In this document: in pieces, positions 17,646 to 25,292 of the stretch
How the letters are laid out: each line of letters opens with the position of its first letter
Numbering within the stretch: position 1 is the first letter of the stretch
Source: Pseudomonadota bacterium
GTDB lineage: Bacteria; Bdellovibrionota_B; Oligoflexia; Oligoflexales; CAIYRB01
DNA length: 29,764 nt
NCBI GenBank assembly: GCA_031416315.1
Contig: JANOTL010000214.1
Location: 1-29,764, forward strand
Direction of reading: 5' to 3'
Position numbers and translations under genes: made by a program
The notes under the pieces: generated by a model
Database searches by the model: none
Seen by the model: only the letters and a program-made list of their open reading frames with translations
Told to the model about the DNA's origin: nothing

Positions 17646-18548
17646 ATGCTGAGTTTTTCCCACATTTTTACCTTCGGCTTCGCCTGCCTAGCGCTTGTCT
17701 GCGCGACGGCCTGTGGCGAAGGCTCCGGCTCGAGCGTCGGCAAGTTCACTCGTGACGCCAACTTCCCACTCTACTTCAGCATTTCAGGCACCAGGCTCGG
17801 CGACGGCTCGGTCTACAAGATCGCGGCGCTCGAGCGCGGCGCGCTCGCGACGCCCGAGCTCGTCGTCAGCGGTCTCGACTTTCCGACGGGGATCGCGATG
17901 GACGGCGCCGGACGGCTCTATATCGCCGAGAAGCTCCCCGAACCCGACGGCAAAGTAAAGGTGGTCGAGCCTGGCGCCACGACGGCGACCGTGCTTGTCA
18001 CCGGGCTTCACAACCCCGTTGCGGTAGCCGTCGACTCGTTCGACCGTCTTTACGTGACCGCGAACGACCTCGACCGCATTCTCAAGACCGACGCGGCCGG
18101 CGACGTTGTTCCGTTCGTCGACACCGGCCTCTCTTCGCCGCGCGACCTCTACGTTGATCCGCACGACAACGTATATGTCAGCGAAGTCGGCGAGGGGGTC
18201 GTCGCAAAGATCTCGCCAAAAGGTGAGCGCACAGTTGTGGCGTCGGGGCTCGCCAATCCTTTCGGTCTGACCGCCGACCTCGCGGGTGATCTGTACGTCG
18301 TCGTCAACCGGACCGGCGGTAACGATGGCGAGCTCGTTCACATTCCCGCCGCGGGCGGCACACCCAAGACGCTTGCGTCGGGTCTCGCGAATCCAGTGGC
18401 CGTGGCGTTCGATAACGCCCACGGTCTGTTCTTCATCGAAGGCGGGCCCGCCAATCGGATCGTCAACTACTCCTTAAAGTCCGGAGAGTTAACCGTGGTC
18501 GGCGAGACTCCGGCGAATCCCTACGCGATCATGTTGACGCCCTTCTGA
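17646..18548 (+). CDS. NHL/SMP-30-like beta-propeller lipoprotein
   Basis: Lipobox ATAC; repeated GL..P.(G/A)(I/V)A.D..G.LY blades (GLDFPTGIAMD, GLHNPVAVAVD, GLSSPRDLYVD, GLANPFGLTAD, GLANPVAVAFD). Confidence 0.85.
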   Translation: MLSFSHIFTFGFACLALVCATACGEGSGSSVGKFTRDANFPLYFSISGTRLGDGSVYKIAALERGALATPELVVSGLDFPTGIAMDGAGRLYIAEKLPEPDGKVKVVEPGATTATVLVTGLHNPVAVAVDSFDRLYVTANDLDRILKTDAAGDVVPFVDTGLSSPRDLYVDPHDNVYVSEVGEGVVAKISPKGERTVVASGLANPFGLTADLAGDLYVVVNRTGGNDGELVHIPAAGGTPKTLASGLANPVAVAFDNAHGLFFIEGGPANRIVNYSLKSGELTVVGETPANPYAIMLTPF

Positions 18549-18599
18549 TCCGACGCGGGCCTGAATCAAGGGCATTGGCGGCCGAGCGCGACGGGTCGT

Positions 18600-18626
18600 T
18601 CAAGGTTGCCGCGAGTTTGCCGACAA
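18600..18626 (+). promoter_or_regulatory. Putative sigma28-type promoter, possibly giving a leaderless mRNA
   Basis: TCAA-N15-GCCGACAA ends 4 nt before ATG ATG (18631/18634); no Shine-Dalgarno visible. Confidence 0.55.
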
Positions 18627-18630
18627 GCAA

Positions 18631-19941
18631 ATGATGCGTACGTCATTTCTCGCCATTTTACTCCTAGCCTTCGGCTGTGGGCGCCTCAAAGGTCCCTCTC
18701 AAGCCGAGACGAAGGCCGACGCGAAAAAGCCCGCGACGGCAGCGAGTGAGAGCGAGGGCGACGATGCGATCGAAAAGGCCGGTGAAGCGGCCGTCATCAC
18801 AGGTAGCTTCCTGACCGGCATCGGTCCGGTGAGCGCGATTCCGCCGGAGCTCGCTTCGGCCGACTTTCAAATCTTGGGCCTTGGCTTCTATTTTGCCGAC
18901 GGCAGAAAGCTGCCGATTGCGATCGCGGACCTGCGCGTCAACGTCGAGCTGAGCGATCCAGAGCCGGCCGCGGCACTCGTCGAGTCGCTTCCAGCGCTCC
19001 TAACGCCGGCGATGATGGGGAGCCCGTGGCATGCCTATCTGCGCATCGCAAACGCAGATCTTGCGCGCGTGCGACGATTCGACGTCAGCGCCAAGCTCGC
19101 GGGCACGGACGCGGCGCGCCAAGTGAGCACCGCCGATTTCGTTCCGCGTGCCGATGCGTCTAGCGGGATCGAGAAGCCCGTCGTCGCGGCGCCGGTTTCG
19201 GCCGAAGCGGTGACGACGGAATCCGGCGTCGCGCCGAGCATGCCCGCGCCTCCGGGCGAAATCCCGGGCACCTCCGCAGGCGATGGATCGACTGAGATCG
19301 GATCCGATGATCCGACCTCGGGGGCGCCGTCGACGGAAACTGGGTCGGGCTCGGAGGCACCGCCGCCGCCGCCGCCGCCACCGCCACCGCCACCGCCGCC
19401 ACCGCCGCCGCCACCGCCACCGCCGCCGCCATCACCGCCGCCGCCGTCCAAGCTATTGATTTTCGTCACCAACTCCACATCGAATGCCAACCTTGGCGGG
19501 CGCGCAGGCGCAGACGCCGTTTGTGAAACGGCAGGTAACGCGATTCAAGCAAGCACCACCTGGAAGGCCCTCATTTCGACGAGTACGGCAAGCATTCGCA
19601 ACCTGATCGACGGGAATGTCGAGATTGTCACCGCCGACCTGACGACCGTCCTGCACGACGGGCAAACGGACCTGTTTGTCTCCGGTTTCATCGCGTACCG
19701 AATCCAATACCAGGATGGTACGCCCTTCCTGAGCTCCGACCTCGTTTGGACCGCGAGCGATCACAGCGGAAACTTCGTCGGCGCCTCTGCTTGCGGCGAT
19801 TTCACGATCAGCATGCCGGCCCAGGCCGGGGCCTCGATGCCGGGCCTTGGCGGCACGAATTCGTTTCTGACTTCGTTGGCGCCCGTTTCGTGCTCAACCG
19901 GCATCGTCCATCTGATGTGCTTCGGCTCGGTCGACCCCTGA
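18631..19941 (+). CDS. Lipoprotein with poly-proline linker and C-terminal DUF1554-like domain
   Basis: Lipobox LAFGC; C-terminal IFVT...NLGGRAGADAVC...WKALIS...VWT...C.DFT...C......LMC pattern typical of DUF1554 (endostatin-like). Confidence 0.75.
   Translation: MMRTSFLAILLLAFGCGRLKGPSQAETKADAKKPATAASESEGDDAIEKAGEAAVITGSFLTGIGPVSAIPPELASADFQILGLGFYFADGRKLPIAIADLRVNVELSDPEPAAALVESLPALLTPAMMGSPWHAYLRIANADLARVRRFDVSAKLAGTDAARQVSTADFVPRADASSGIEKPVVAAPVSAEAVTTESGVAPSMPAPPGEIPGTSAGDGSTEIGSDDPTSGAPSTETGSGSEAPPPPPPPPPPPPPPPPPPPPPPPPSPPPPSKLLIFVTNSTSNANLGGRAGADAVCETAGNAIQASTTWKALISTSTASIRNLIDGNVEIVTADLTTVLHDGQTDLFVSGFIAYRIQYQDGTPFLSSDLVWTASDHSGNFVGASACGDFTISMPAQAGASMPGLGGTNSFLTSLAPVSCSTGIVHLMCFGSVDP
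19360..19446 (+). repeat. (CCG/CCA)n trinucleotide tract encoding P24-S-P4
   Basis: Directly visible, in frame within 18631..19941. Confidence 0.95.
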
Positions 19942-20119
19942 CGCGTCAAAGCCGTCGGCGCTTACCGTGAAGGGCCGACGGCTGATGGAGTGCGGGGCTG
20001 GTCCCGCTGCCCGCCGCTTTGTAAACGACTCGGGCTTCGGCTTGCGTCGGCTTGTCGCCTTGGTACTCTGTCTGCATATCTTCAGGCACATTTCCCGATT
20101 CAGAACCAAGGAGCCAGGT

Positions 20120-20653
20120 ATGAAGCTGTTCATCAGGTTGTTGACGCTCGTCGTTACGGTTTTCGGTGCGAGCGCGGCCTACGCCGCTTGGCCGGCGGAC
20201 GTCACCCCGATCGAGGCGAAGAACGGCGCAACCGTGAAAGGGAACCTCGCGAAGGGCAAGACCATCGCCCTCGAATGGGCGTGGAACAGCTCGATGGCTT
20301 GCTTCACCCAGCCACTCTCGTCCAACTTCCAGGCCAACCATGTCTTCTACTCGACGTCCATCCCGCCCAAATCGAAGATGAAGCTTACGGTGACGCCAGC
20401 GGACGGAAAGACCGAATTCACGATCTACGCCTACATGATCGGCGAGAATAATTTCGCGGTCCCGCCCGGCGTGCCGTCGGCCACGACCTGCGAAGCGGGC
20501 CCCGACTCCGGCAAGCCGAACAAGGAAAAACCGTCGCGCTCCGTCAAGCTCAACAACCCGAAGACGGGGAACGCCTTCAATGTGCTGATTGGCATCTCCG
20601 GCGCCAAGGGCGTCACCGGCGATTACACGGTGGCCATGACCTTGGAGAAATAG
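20120..20653 (+). CDS. Secreted hypothetical protein (177 aa), probably a beta-sandwich
   Basis: AAGGAG RBS before ATG 20120; signal peptide MKLFIRLLTLVVTVFGASAAYA; two Cys; strong C/G third-position bias. Confidence 0.8.
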   Translation: MKLFIRLLTLVVTVFGASAAYAAWPADVTPIEAKNGATVKGNLAKGKTIALEWAWNSSMACFTQPLSSNFQANHVFYSTSIPPKSKMKLTVTPADGKTEFTIYAYMIGENNFAVPPGVPSATTCEAGPDSGKPNKEKPSRSVKLNNPKTGNAFNVLIGISGAKGVTGDYTVAMTLEK

Positions 20654-20663
20654 ATCTATCTTG

Positions 20664-20825
20664 GGCTCGGCGCCTGTGCGCCCCTCGAAAACCCTGAGTC
20701 GTCCGAAAGGCCGTACGAAGACAGGTGATTGAGTCGGCCTCGAAGGCAGGTCAAGAAGCGGGTAAAACTGGTCGATGGATATCCGCCCGGCTGGTCCGGG
20801 GCGGAGACCCGCATGACCTTTTTTT
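20664..20825 (+). ncRNA. Candidate structured RNA ending in a U7 tract
   Basis: Several nested helices with G-U pairs and a GAAA tetraloop in the gap between convergent genes (details in findings). No family recognised. Confidence 0.4.
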
Positions 20826-20880
20826 CCCCCGCCGTCACCCTCTCGATCGCGACCCTGATCGTGGCGCCGAGCGCCCGAAT

Positions 20881-21732
20881 CTACCTACCGATCGCGGCGA
20901 CAAAGCCTCTGAACTCGCCAAAGCTGGAAACGCGCGTCTCCGTCTCGCCCCGCATTCGCGGCAGAGCGCTGCCGAAGGTGACGACCTTCACCTTCGCCCG
21001 GCTTGCCCTCGCCTCGATGCGGTGAAAGTCGGAGCTGACGGCGCTGCGTCGCGCGGGACCCGATGCCGACAGCCAAAGCACGTCCGCATCGAACGTCTCC
21101 AGCGCACCTTCGATCACCGTCGCCGGAACGTTGGTCCCAAGTTGCAAGCATCTCGCCTGGTCCCAGACCGCAGCCTCGGCGAGCATCGACGGGATGCCGT
21201 CCACCTCGTACCCGACGTCTGCAAGGACGATGCGTGGGCTTGCGTCGCCGGGCGCGACCCCGACCGGCGCCAACGTCTTACTCAGGGCAGCCTGGAGGAC
21301 GACGATCGCTCTGTGCAGCACCAGACATTCTTCACTTGGGTGCTGACAAGTCGCACGGAGGGCTTGGAACGCCGGGTAGACAAACTTGTCGATGACTGTC
21401 GCAGGCGTCATCTCTGCCAGACGCAACATCTGCAGCGCGCTCTCGAAAGTCGATACGTCGCCGCCCCGAAGGCTCGTCTGGCAAACCTCGATCGCGGCTA
21501 CAGGGAACTCTGCAGGACCTTGCAGCCCTACTGCCTCCGGCGCCACGAGCTTTCTGCCGGTCGCGAGAAGAAAATCGTACAAGCTCGAGACCGTGACACG
21601 ACGATGTCCGCCAGGCGTCTTCTCGGCACTCAGCGTGCCGGCGTCGATCCAGCGCTTCACCGAGGACTCGCCGACACCCATGGCGGCCGCGATCTCGGAG
21701 GTCGACAGATGCTTAACGAGCGTCTCGCACAA
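20881..21732 (-). CDS. MerR/excisionase-type HTH regulator with degenerate B12-binding-like domain (CarH/LitR-like architecture, 283 aa)
   Basis: GGGAGG RBS 6 nt before TTG 21732; LSTSEIAAAMGVGESSVKRWIDAG...KTPGGHRR; helical cap (VIDKFVYPAF); Rossmann-like LQLGTNVP...ADVLWLSAS. Confidence 0.8.
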   Translation of the reverse strand: MCETLVKHLSTSEIAAAMGVGESSVKRWIDAGTLSAEKTPGGHRRVTVSSLYDFLLATGRKLVAPEAVGLQGPAEFPVAAIEVCQTSLRGGDVSTFESALQMLRLAEMTPATVIDKFVYPAFQALRATCQHPSEECLVLHRAIVVLQAALSKTLAPVGVAPGDASPRIVLADVGYEVDGIPSMLAEAAVWDQARCLQLGTNVPATVIEGALETFDADVLWLSASGPARRSAVSSDFHRIEARASRAKVKVVTFGSALPRMRGETETRVSSFGEFRGFVAAIGR

Positions 21733-21859
21733 TCGAAGCCTCCCTCGCCTTGCGTCTCGACGATGGCCCCTCCCGAAGAGCGGCCCCGCGATCGCGTGGG
21801 CCCTCATTTAAACAACCAAAACGGTCATTGTCCAGATCATTCGCCGGATCCTGCACCTT

Positions 21860-22048
21860 TCAGACGGGGACTTCCGCATCAGATCGCGTCAAAGGCTGAA
21901 GGCGCACCCCAAGGCTCCGAACGTTGCTCGACGATTCGTTCGCGTCGCCGACCTCCGACGTGATGCTTTCTCTGAACGCGATGTAGCACCCGGCGAAAAA
22001 GACAAAAAATATCGACGCACCGGCCAAGAGCAGCTGCAACTCAGTCAC
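21860..22048 (-). CDS. Small single-TM membrane protein (62 aa)
   Basis: GGAGG RBS; GTG start overlaps the end of the upstream gene; hydrophobic LLLAGASIFFVFFAGCYIAF. Confidence 0.6.
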   Translation of the reverse strand: MTELQLLLAGASIFFVFFAGCYIAFRESITSEVGDANESSSNVRSLGVRLQPLTRSDAEVPV

Positions 22049-22244
22049 GGCGCCCCCCTCCCAGAACAAGCGCTCCAGCCGCGCAGATCGACGGAACCCA
22101 GAGCCCGACGAAGACCCCCTTGTCGCGATCACCCCCGAACCAAAGGCTGACCGACAAGACCAAGGACGCGAACGCCGCCGCGAGAATCAACGTCTTCGGC
22201 CTTGCCTTCGCCGAAGCCGGCAGAACACCCACTCTAGTTCCCAT
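22041..22244 (-). CDS. Small two-TM membrane protein (67 aa)
   Basis: GGAGGT RBS; two hydrophobic segments LILAAAFASLVLSVSLWF and GVFVGLWVPSICAAGALVL. Confidence 0.75.
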   Translation of the reverse strand: MGTRVGVLPASAKARPKTLILAAAFASLVLSVSLWFGGDRDKGVFVGLWVPSICAAGALVLGGGRRD

Positions 22245-22277
22245 CGAGACACCTCCAGCGTTCAGTTTCCGTTTCTG

Positions 22278-22328
22278 AGCGTAATCCGGCCGGCGTCAGG
22301 AGGCAAGTCTAAAACGTCCAAAACGTTC
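22278..22328 (-). promoter_or_regulatory. Sigma70-like promoter with adjacent 9-bp direct repeats
   Basis: Minus strand TTGCCT (22306-22301)-N17-TACGCT (22283-22278). Plus-strand GTCTAAAAC GTCCAAAAC GTTC (22307-22328) abuts the -35 element. Confidence 0.5.
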
Positions 22329-22369
22329 ATTTTCCTAACTGAGGCGCTGGTGCGGGGCTTTGTATGCGT

Positions 22370-23575
22370 TTATGACCTGAGCCCTCTAAGAACCGTGGCA
22401 AGGTAAAGCGCTGCTGCGGAGAATGCGACGGAAAGCAAGCCCACGTAGGAGAAGTTCTCGAGCCGGAGGGTGACGGGACTCCGCAGCGCCACGAGGCCGG
22501 CGATGAATGGCCCAAGGCTCGTCGAGAGTAGCGAGATCGAATTGTAGACCGTGGTAAAGGCGCCGCGATTCTGGTTCGTCGTAAACGACAAGAGGATGGC
22601 GTGGGCTGGGACGAGGCGGGCGACGGCCACCGCCATAAATAGGGTCGCGACGAGCGCCGCTACCGGCAGGGAGACGACCGGCAAATTCGTCACCACCGCC
22701 ACCATGACCATCACGCACGGCAGTATGACGTAAAGCGTCGGGTATTTTCCGGCCCGGTCCGTTTGTTTGCCGACGGCGATCGCCGTGATCAAGCTGCCGG
22801 CACCCATGAGGAGGAAGATCCACGAGAAGTGCTCTTTCGCGATCCCGCTATTGAGCTCCATGTACTGCGCCATCAACGGAACGACGCAATTCGTACCGAG
22901 CCCTAGGCAGAGCACAAATAAAAATGCCCGGGCGTACTGCCGATCTTTTACGATCGCGAACATCCTTCGATATAGTTCGCGACTCGAAGCCTTTTGCGAT
23001 GTCGTTAGGCGCGGCAGCCGCCTGTACGCCCAGATCCAATTGGCAATACCCAAAGCGAGAACGGCGAGAAATGGCGCGGAAAGGCTCCCCGTCATCAGAT
23101 TGACTGCGACGCAAAGCGGCAGGCCTAAGACGGCCGCGCCCGCAAACGCCGCTCCCACCATCCCCAAGGCTTTGCCGCGGCGGCTGTCCGGAAAGACGTC
23201 GCCGATGACGGCCAGGACGACGCAAGCCGTAATGCCACCAAACCCGCCGGCGAAGAACCGCGCTATGAAGCACGTCCAAAAATCGTAGGCCTGGGATGTC
23301 GCCAAGATCGAAATCAGGAGACCCGCAAAGCTCGTCAGGATGACGGTTTTCCGGTCGAAGCGGTCCATGTAAGCGGCGCCGACGATCCCGCAGAATGCGG
23401 CCGCGAGGCCGTAGATCGCGACGATCGACGTAAATTCCTGCAAGCTCAATTGGAGCTGCGACTGCATCGTCTCCGCCAAAGGCGTCAACAGCAGCGCATC
23501 GGTAATCTCGATGCCGTTCATCAGCACGAGGATGCCGAGCAGACGGCGTTCGTTCTGGTCGAATTTTTCTGACAT
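22370..23575 (-). CDS. Major facilitator superfamily transporter
   Basis: ~12 hydrophobic segments; motif A-like GAAYMDRFDRK and GKQTDRAGK; ARFFAG; GDVFPDSRRGKALG. Confidence 0.93.
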   Translation of the reverse strand: MSEKFDQNERRLLGILVLMNGIEITDALLLTPLAETMQSQLQLSLQEFTSIVAIYGLAAAFCGIVGAAYMDRFDRKTVILTSFAGLLISILATSQAYDFWTCFIARFFAGGFGGITACVVLAVIGDVFPDSRRGKALGMVGAAFAGAAVLGLPLCVAVNLMTGSLSAPFLAVLALGIANWIWAYRRLPRLTTSQKASSRELYRRMFAIVKDRQYARAFLFVLCLGLGTNCVVPLMAQYMELNSGIAKEHFSWIFLLMGAGSLITAIAVGKQTDRAGKYPTLYVILPCVMVMVAVVTNLPVVSLPVAALVATLFMAVAVARLVPAHAILLSFTTNQNRGAFTTVYNSISLLSTSLGPFIAGLVALRSPVTLRLENFSYVGLLSVAFSAAALYLATVLRGLRS

Positions 23576-23595
23576 CCGGCAACCGCCTCTGCGCT

Positions 23596-25200
23596 TCAGG
23601 AACAGACGAAGACCGCCGCGGAAAACGGCTGCAGGGTGATTCGCGTTCCGGCAGCGGAGACGCTGCCCGCAGCGTAAAGAAGCCGCAAGCCCGCCACTGA
23701 GGTCTCCTGCACATCCGAAGGTCGGCGCCCGAAATTTATGGCGACCAGGAGACGCTGGTCCACCAGCTCGCGTCGAAACAAGAGCACCTGGCCGTCAGTC
23801 CGCGCCGCCTCGACCGCACCGTCCTTGAGGGCGCGCCATTCCCGCCGCAAATGCAGCAGCGCACGTACCGTATTCAGTAGCGAGGCGTCCGTCCCCATTT
23901 GGCTCTCGACGTTCGCCGCGGCGCAATCCCCGCCCACTGGCAGCCAGGTACGCCCGGCGCTTGAAAATCCGGCATTGACGCCGCCGGTCCACTGCATGGG
24001 CGTGCGAACTTCGTCACGATTCACCAAATGGCCGAAGAACCGTCCCAGACGCGCTAGGACCGGCGGGAATTTGTGCGCCATCGGATCCAGCGCGGCGGCA
24101 TGCGGCAACCTCGCCCCTTGCATGCCAATCTCTTCACCGTAGTAGAAGCAAGGACTGCCGCGCGCGGTCAACTGAAAGAAGTGAAGCATCCGCGCTTTGG
24201 CCGCGTTGCCACCGAGGCGGCTTATGCTGCGCGGCCGATCGTGATTGCTGAAAACATAGACGGGGCTATTCGGAGCCTGGAACGCCGCCTCCGCGTCCAC
24301 AAGAATGCGCAGAAAAGAGCGCGCGTCGAACCGAAACCGCAGCATCTTGAAGTCGAAGACATGCGTCAGTCCGCTTGTGCCGTCGCCGACAAAGCGCCTC
24401 AATGTCGCATTATCCCCGAACACCTCGCCTAAAAGAACGCGGTCACCGAATTCCCGCACGACGCCGCGCAGCTCCGCCGCGAACGCGACACTCTCGGGTA
24501 GATTGACGGTGTGGACGAAGCTCTGCCCAAATCCCGACATATCGCCTTCGGACGGCACGAACTTCAGCGCGCGCGGGTTGTCTCTGAAGTGAGCGTCTTT
24601 GTAAATGACATTAAATATATCGAACCGGAAGCCGTCGACCCCTTCGCGCAGCCAAAAGCGCACGAGATCGAGAGCAGCGGCCCTTACCGCCGGATTTCGA
24701 TAGTTGAGATCCGGTTGAAATGGCAAGAACGACGCGTAGAACCACTGATCACGACGCGCTTCGTAGTGCCAACCAGAGCCGCCGGTAAGGCTCTTCCAGT
24801 TGTTTGGCTTGTCGCGCCAAAGATACCAGTCGGCACGGGCATTATCCCTCGACGCCCGCGACTGCGAAAACCAGGAGTGATCGATCGACGTATGGTTGAG
24901 CACCAAATCAAACAAGACTTTGAGCCCAAGCTCGTGCGCGCGCGCTATGAGCGAGCGAACGGCCTGCAGATCGCCATACTCGGGCGCGACGTCGTAGTAG
25001 TCGCTGACGTCGTAGCCAAAGTCACGTTGCGGACTCTTGAAGAACGGTGACAGCCAAACGGCGTCGAAGCCCAGGTCCCGGATGTAGGAAAGCTTGGAGA
25101 TGACGCCGGCCAGATCGCCGATGCCCTCGCCATCGCTGTCCATGAAGGACCGGGGGTAAATCTGATAGATTGATAGATTTGGGGCGCTGGGCGCGGTCAC
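23596..25200 (-). CDS. GH13 alpha-glucosidase / oligo-1,6-glucosidase-like
   Basis: IYQIYPRSF.DSDGEGIGDL.G, WLSPFF.SPQRDFGYDVSDY, DLVLNHTS, QPDLN, DGFRFD (nucleophile), LLGEV (acid/base), SNHDRPR, YYGEEIGM, RDEVRTPMQW. Confidence 0.95.
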   Translation of the reverse strand: MTAPSAPNLSIYQIYPRSFMDSDGEGIGDLAGVISKLSYIRDLGFDAVWLSPFFKSPQRDFGYDVSDYYDVAPEYGDLQAVRSLIARAHELGLKVLFDLVLNHTSIDHSWFSQSRASRDNARADWYLWRDKPNNWKSLTGGSGWHYEARRDQWFYASFLPFQPDLNYRNPAVRAAALDLVRFWLREGVDGFRFDIFNVIYKDAHFRDNPRALKFVPSEGDMSGFGQSFVHTVNLPESVAFAAELRGVVREFGDRVLLGEVFGDNATLRRFVGDGTSGLTHVFDFKMLRFRFDARSFLRILVDAEAAFQAPNSPVYVFSNHDRPRSISRLGGNAAKARMLHFFQLTARGSPCFYYGEEIGMQGARLPHAAALDPMAHKFPPVLARLGRFFGHLVNRDEVRTPMQWTGGVNAGFSSAGRTWLPVGGDCAAANVESQMGTDASLLNTVRALLHLRREWRALKDGAVEAARTDGQVLLFRRELVDQRLLVAINFGRRPSDVQETSVAGLRLLYAAGSVSAAGTRITLQPFSAAVFVCS

Positions 25201-25292
25201 GGAGCTGATTCTTTCAAAACGATGTTGGAAGCTCCGTGGGACTTACGACTTTAGCTTGGGCCAGACAATAGTCTAGGCTTGGTGAAGTCTAC

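Noticed and set aside
19035..19490. Poly-glycine ORF on the minus strand
   Set aside because: Antisense reading of the poly-Pro tract.
20725..21963. 412-aa plus-strand ORF
   Set aside because: Arg-rich shadow of the minus-strand regulator with no recognisable motifs.
22370..25200. GH13 plus MFS as a novel system
   Set aside because: Ordinary gene pair with intact canonical motifs.
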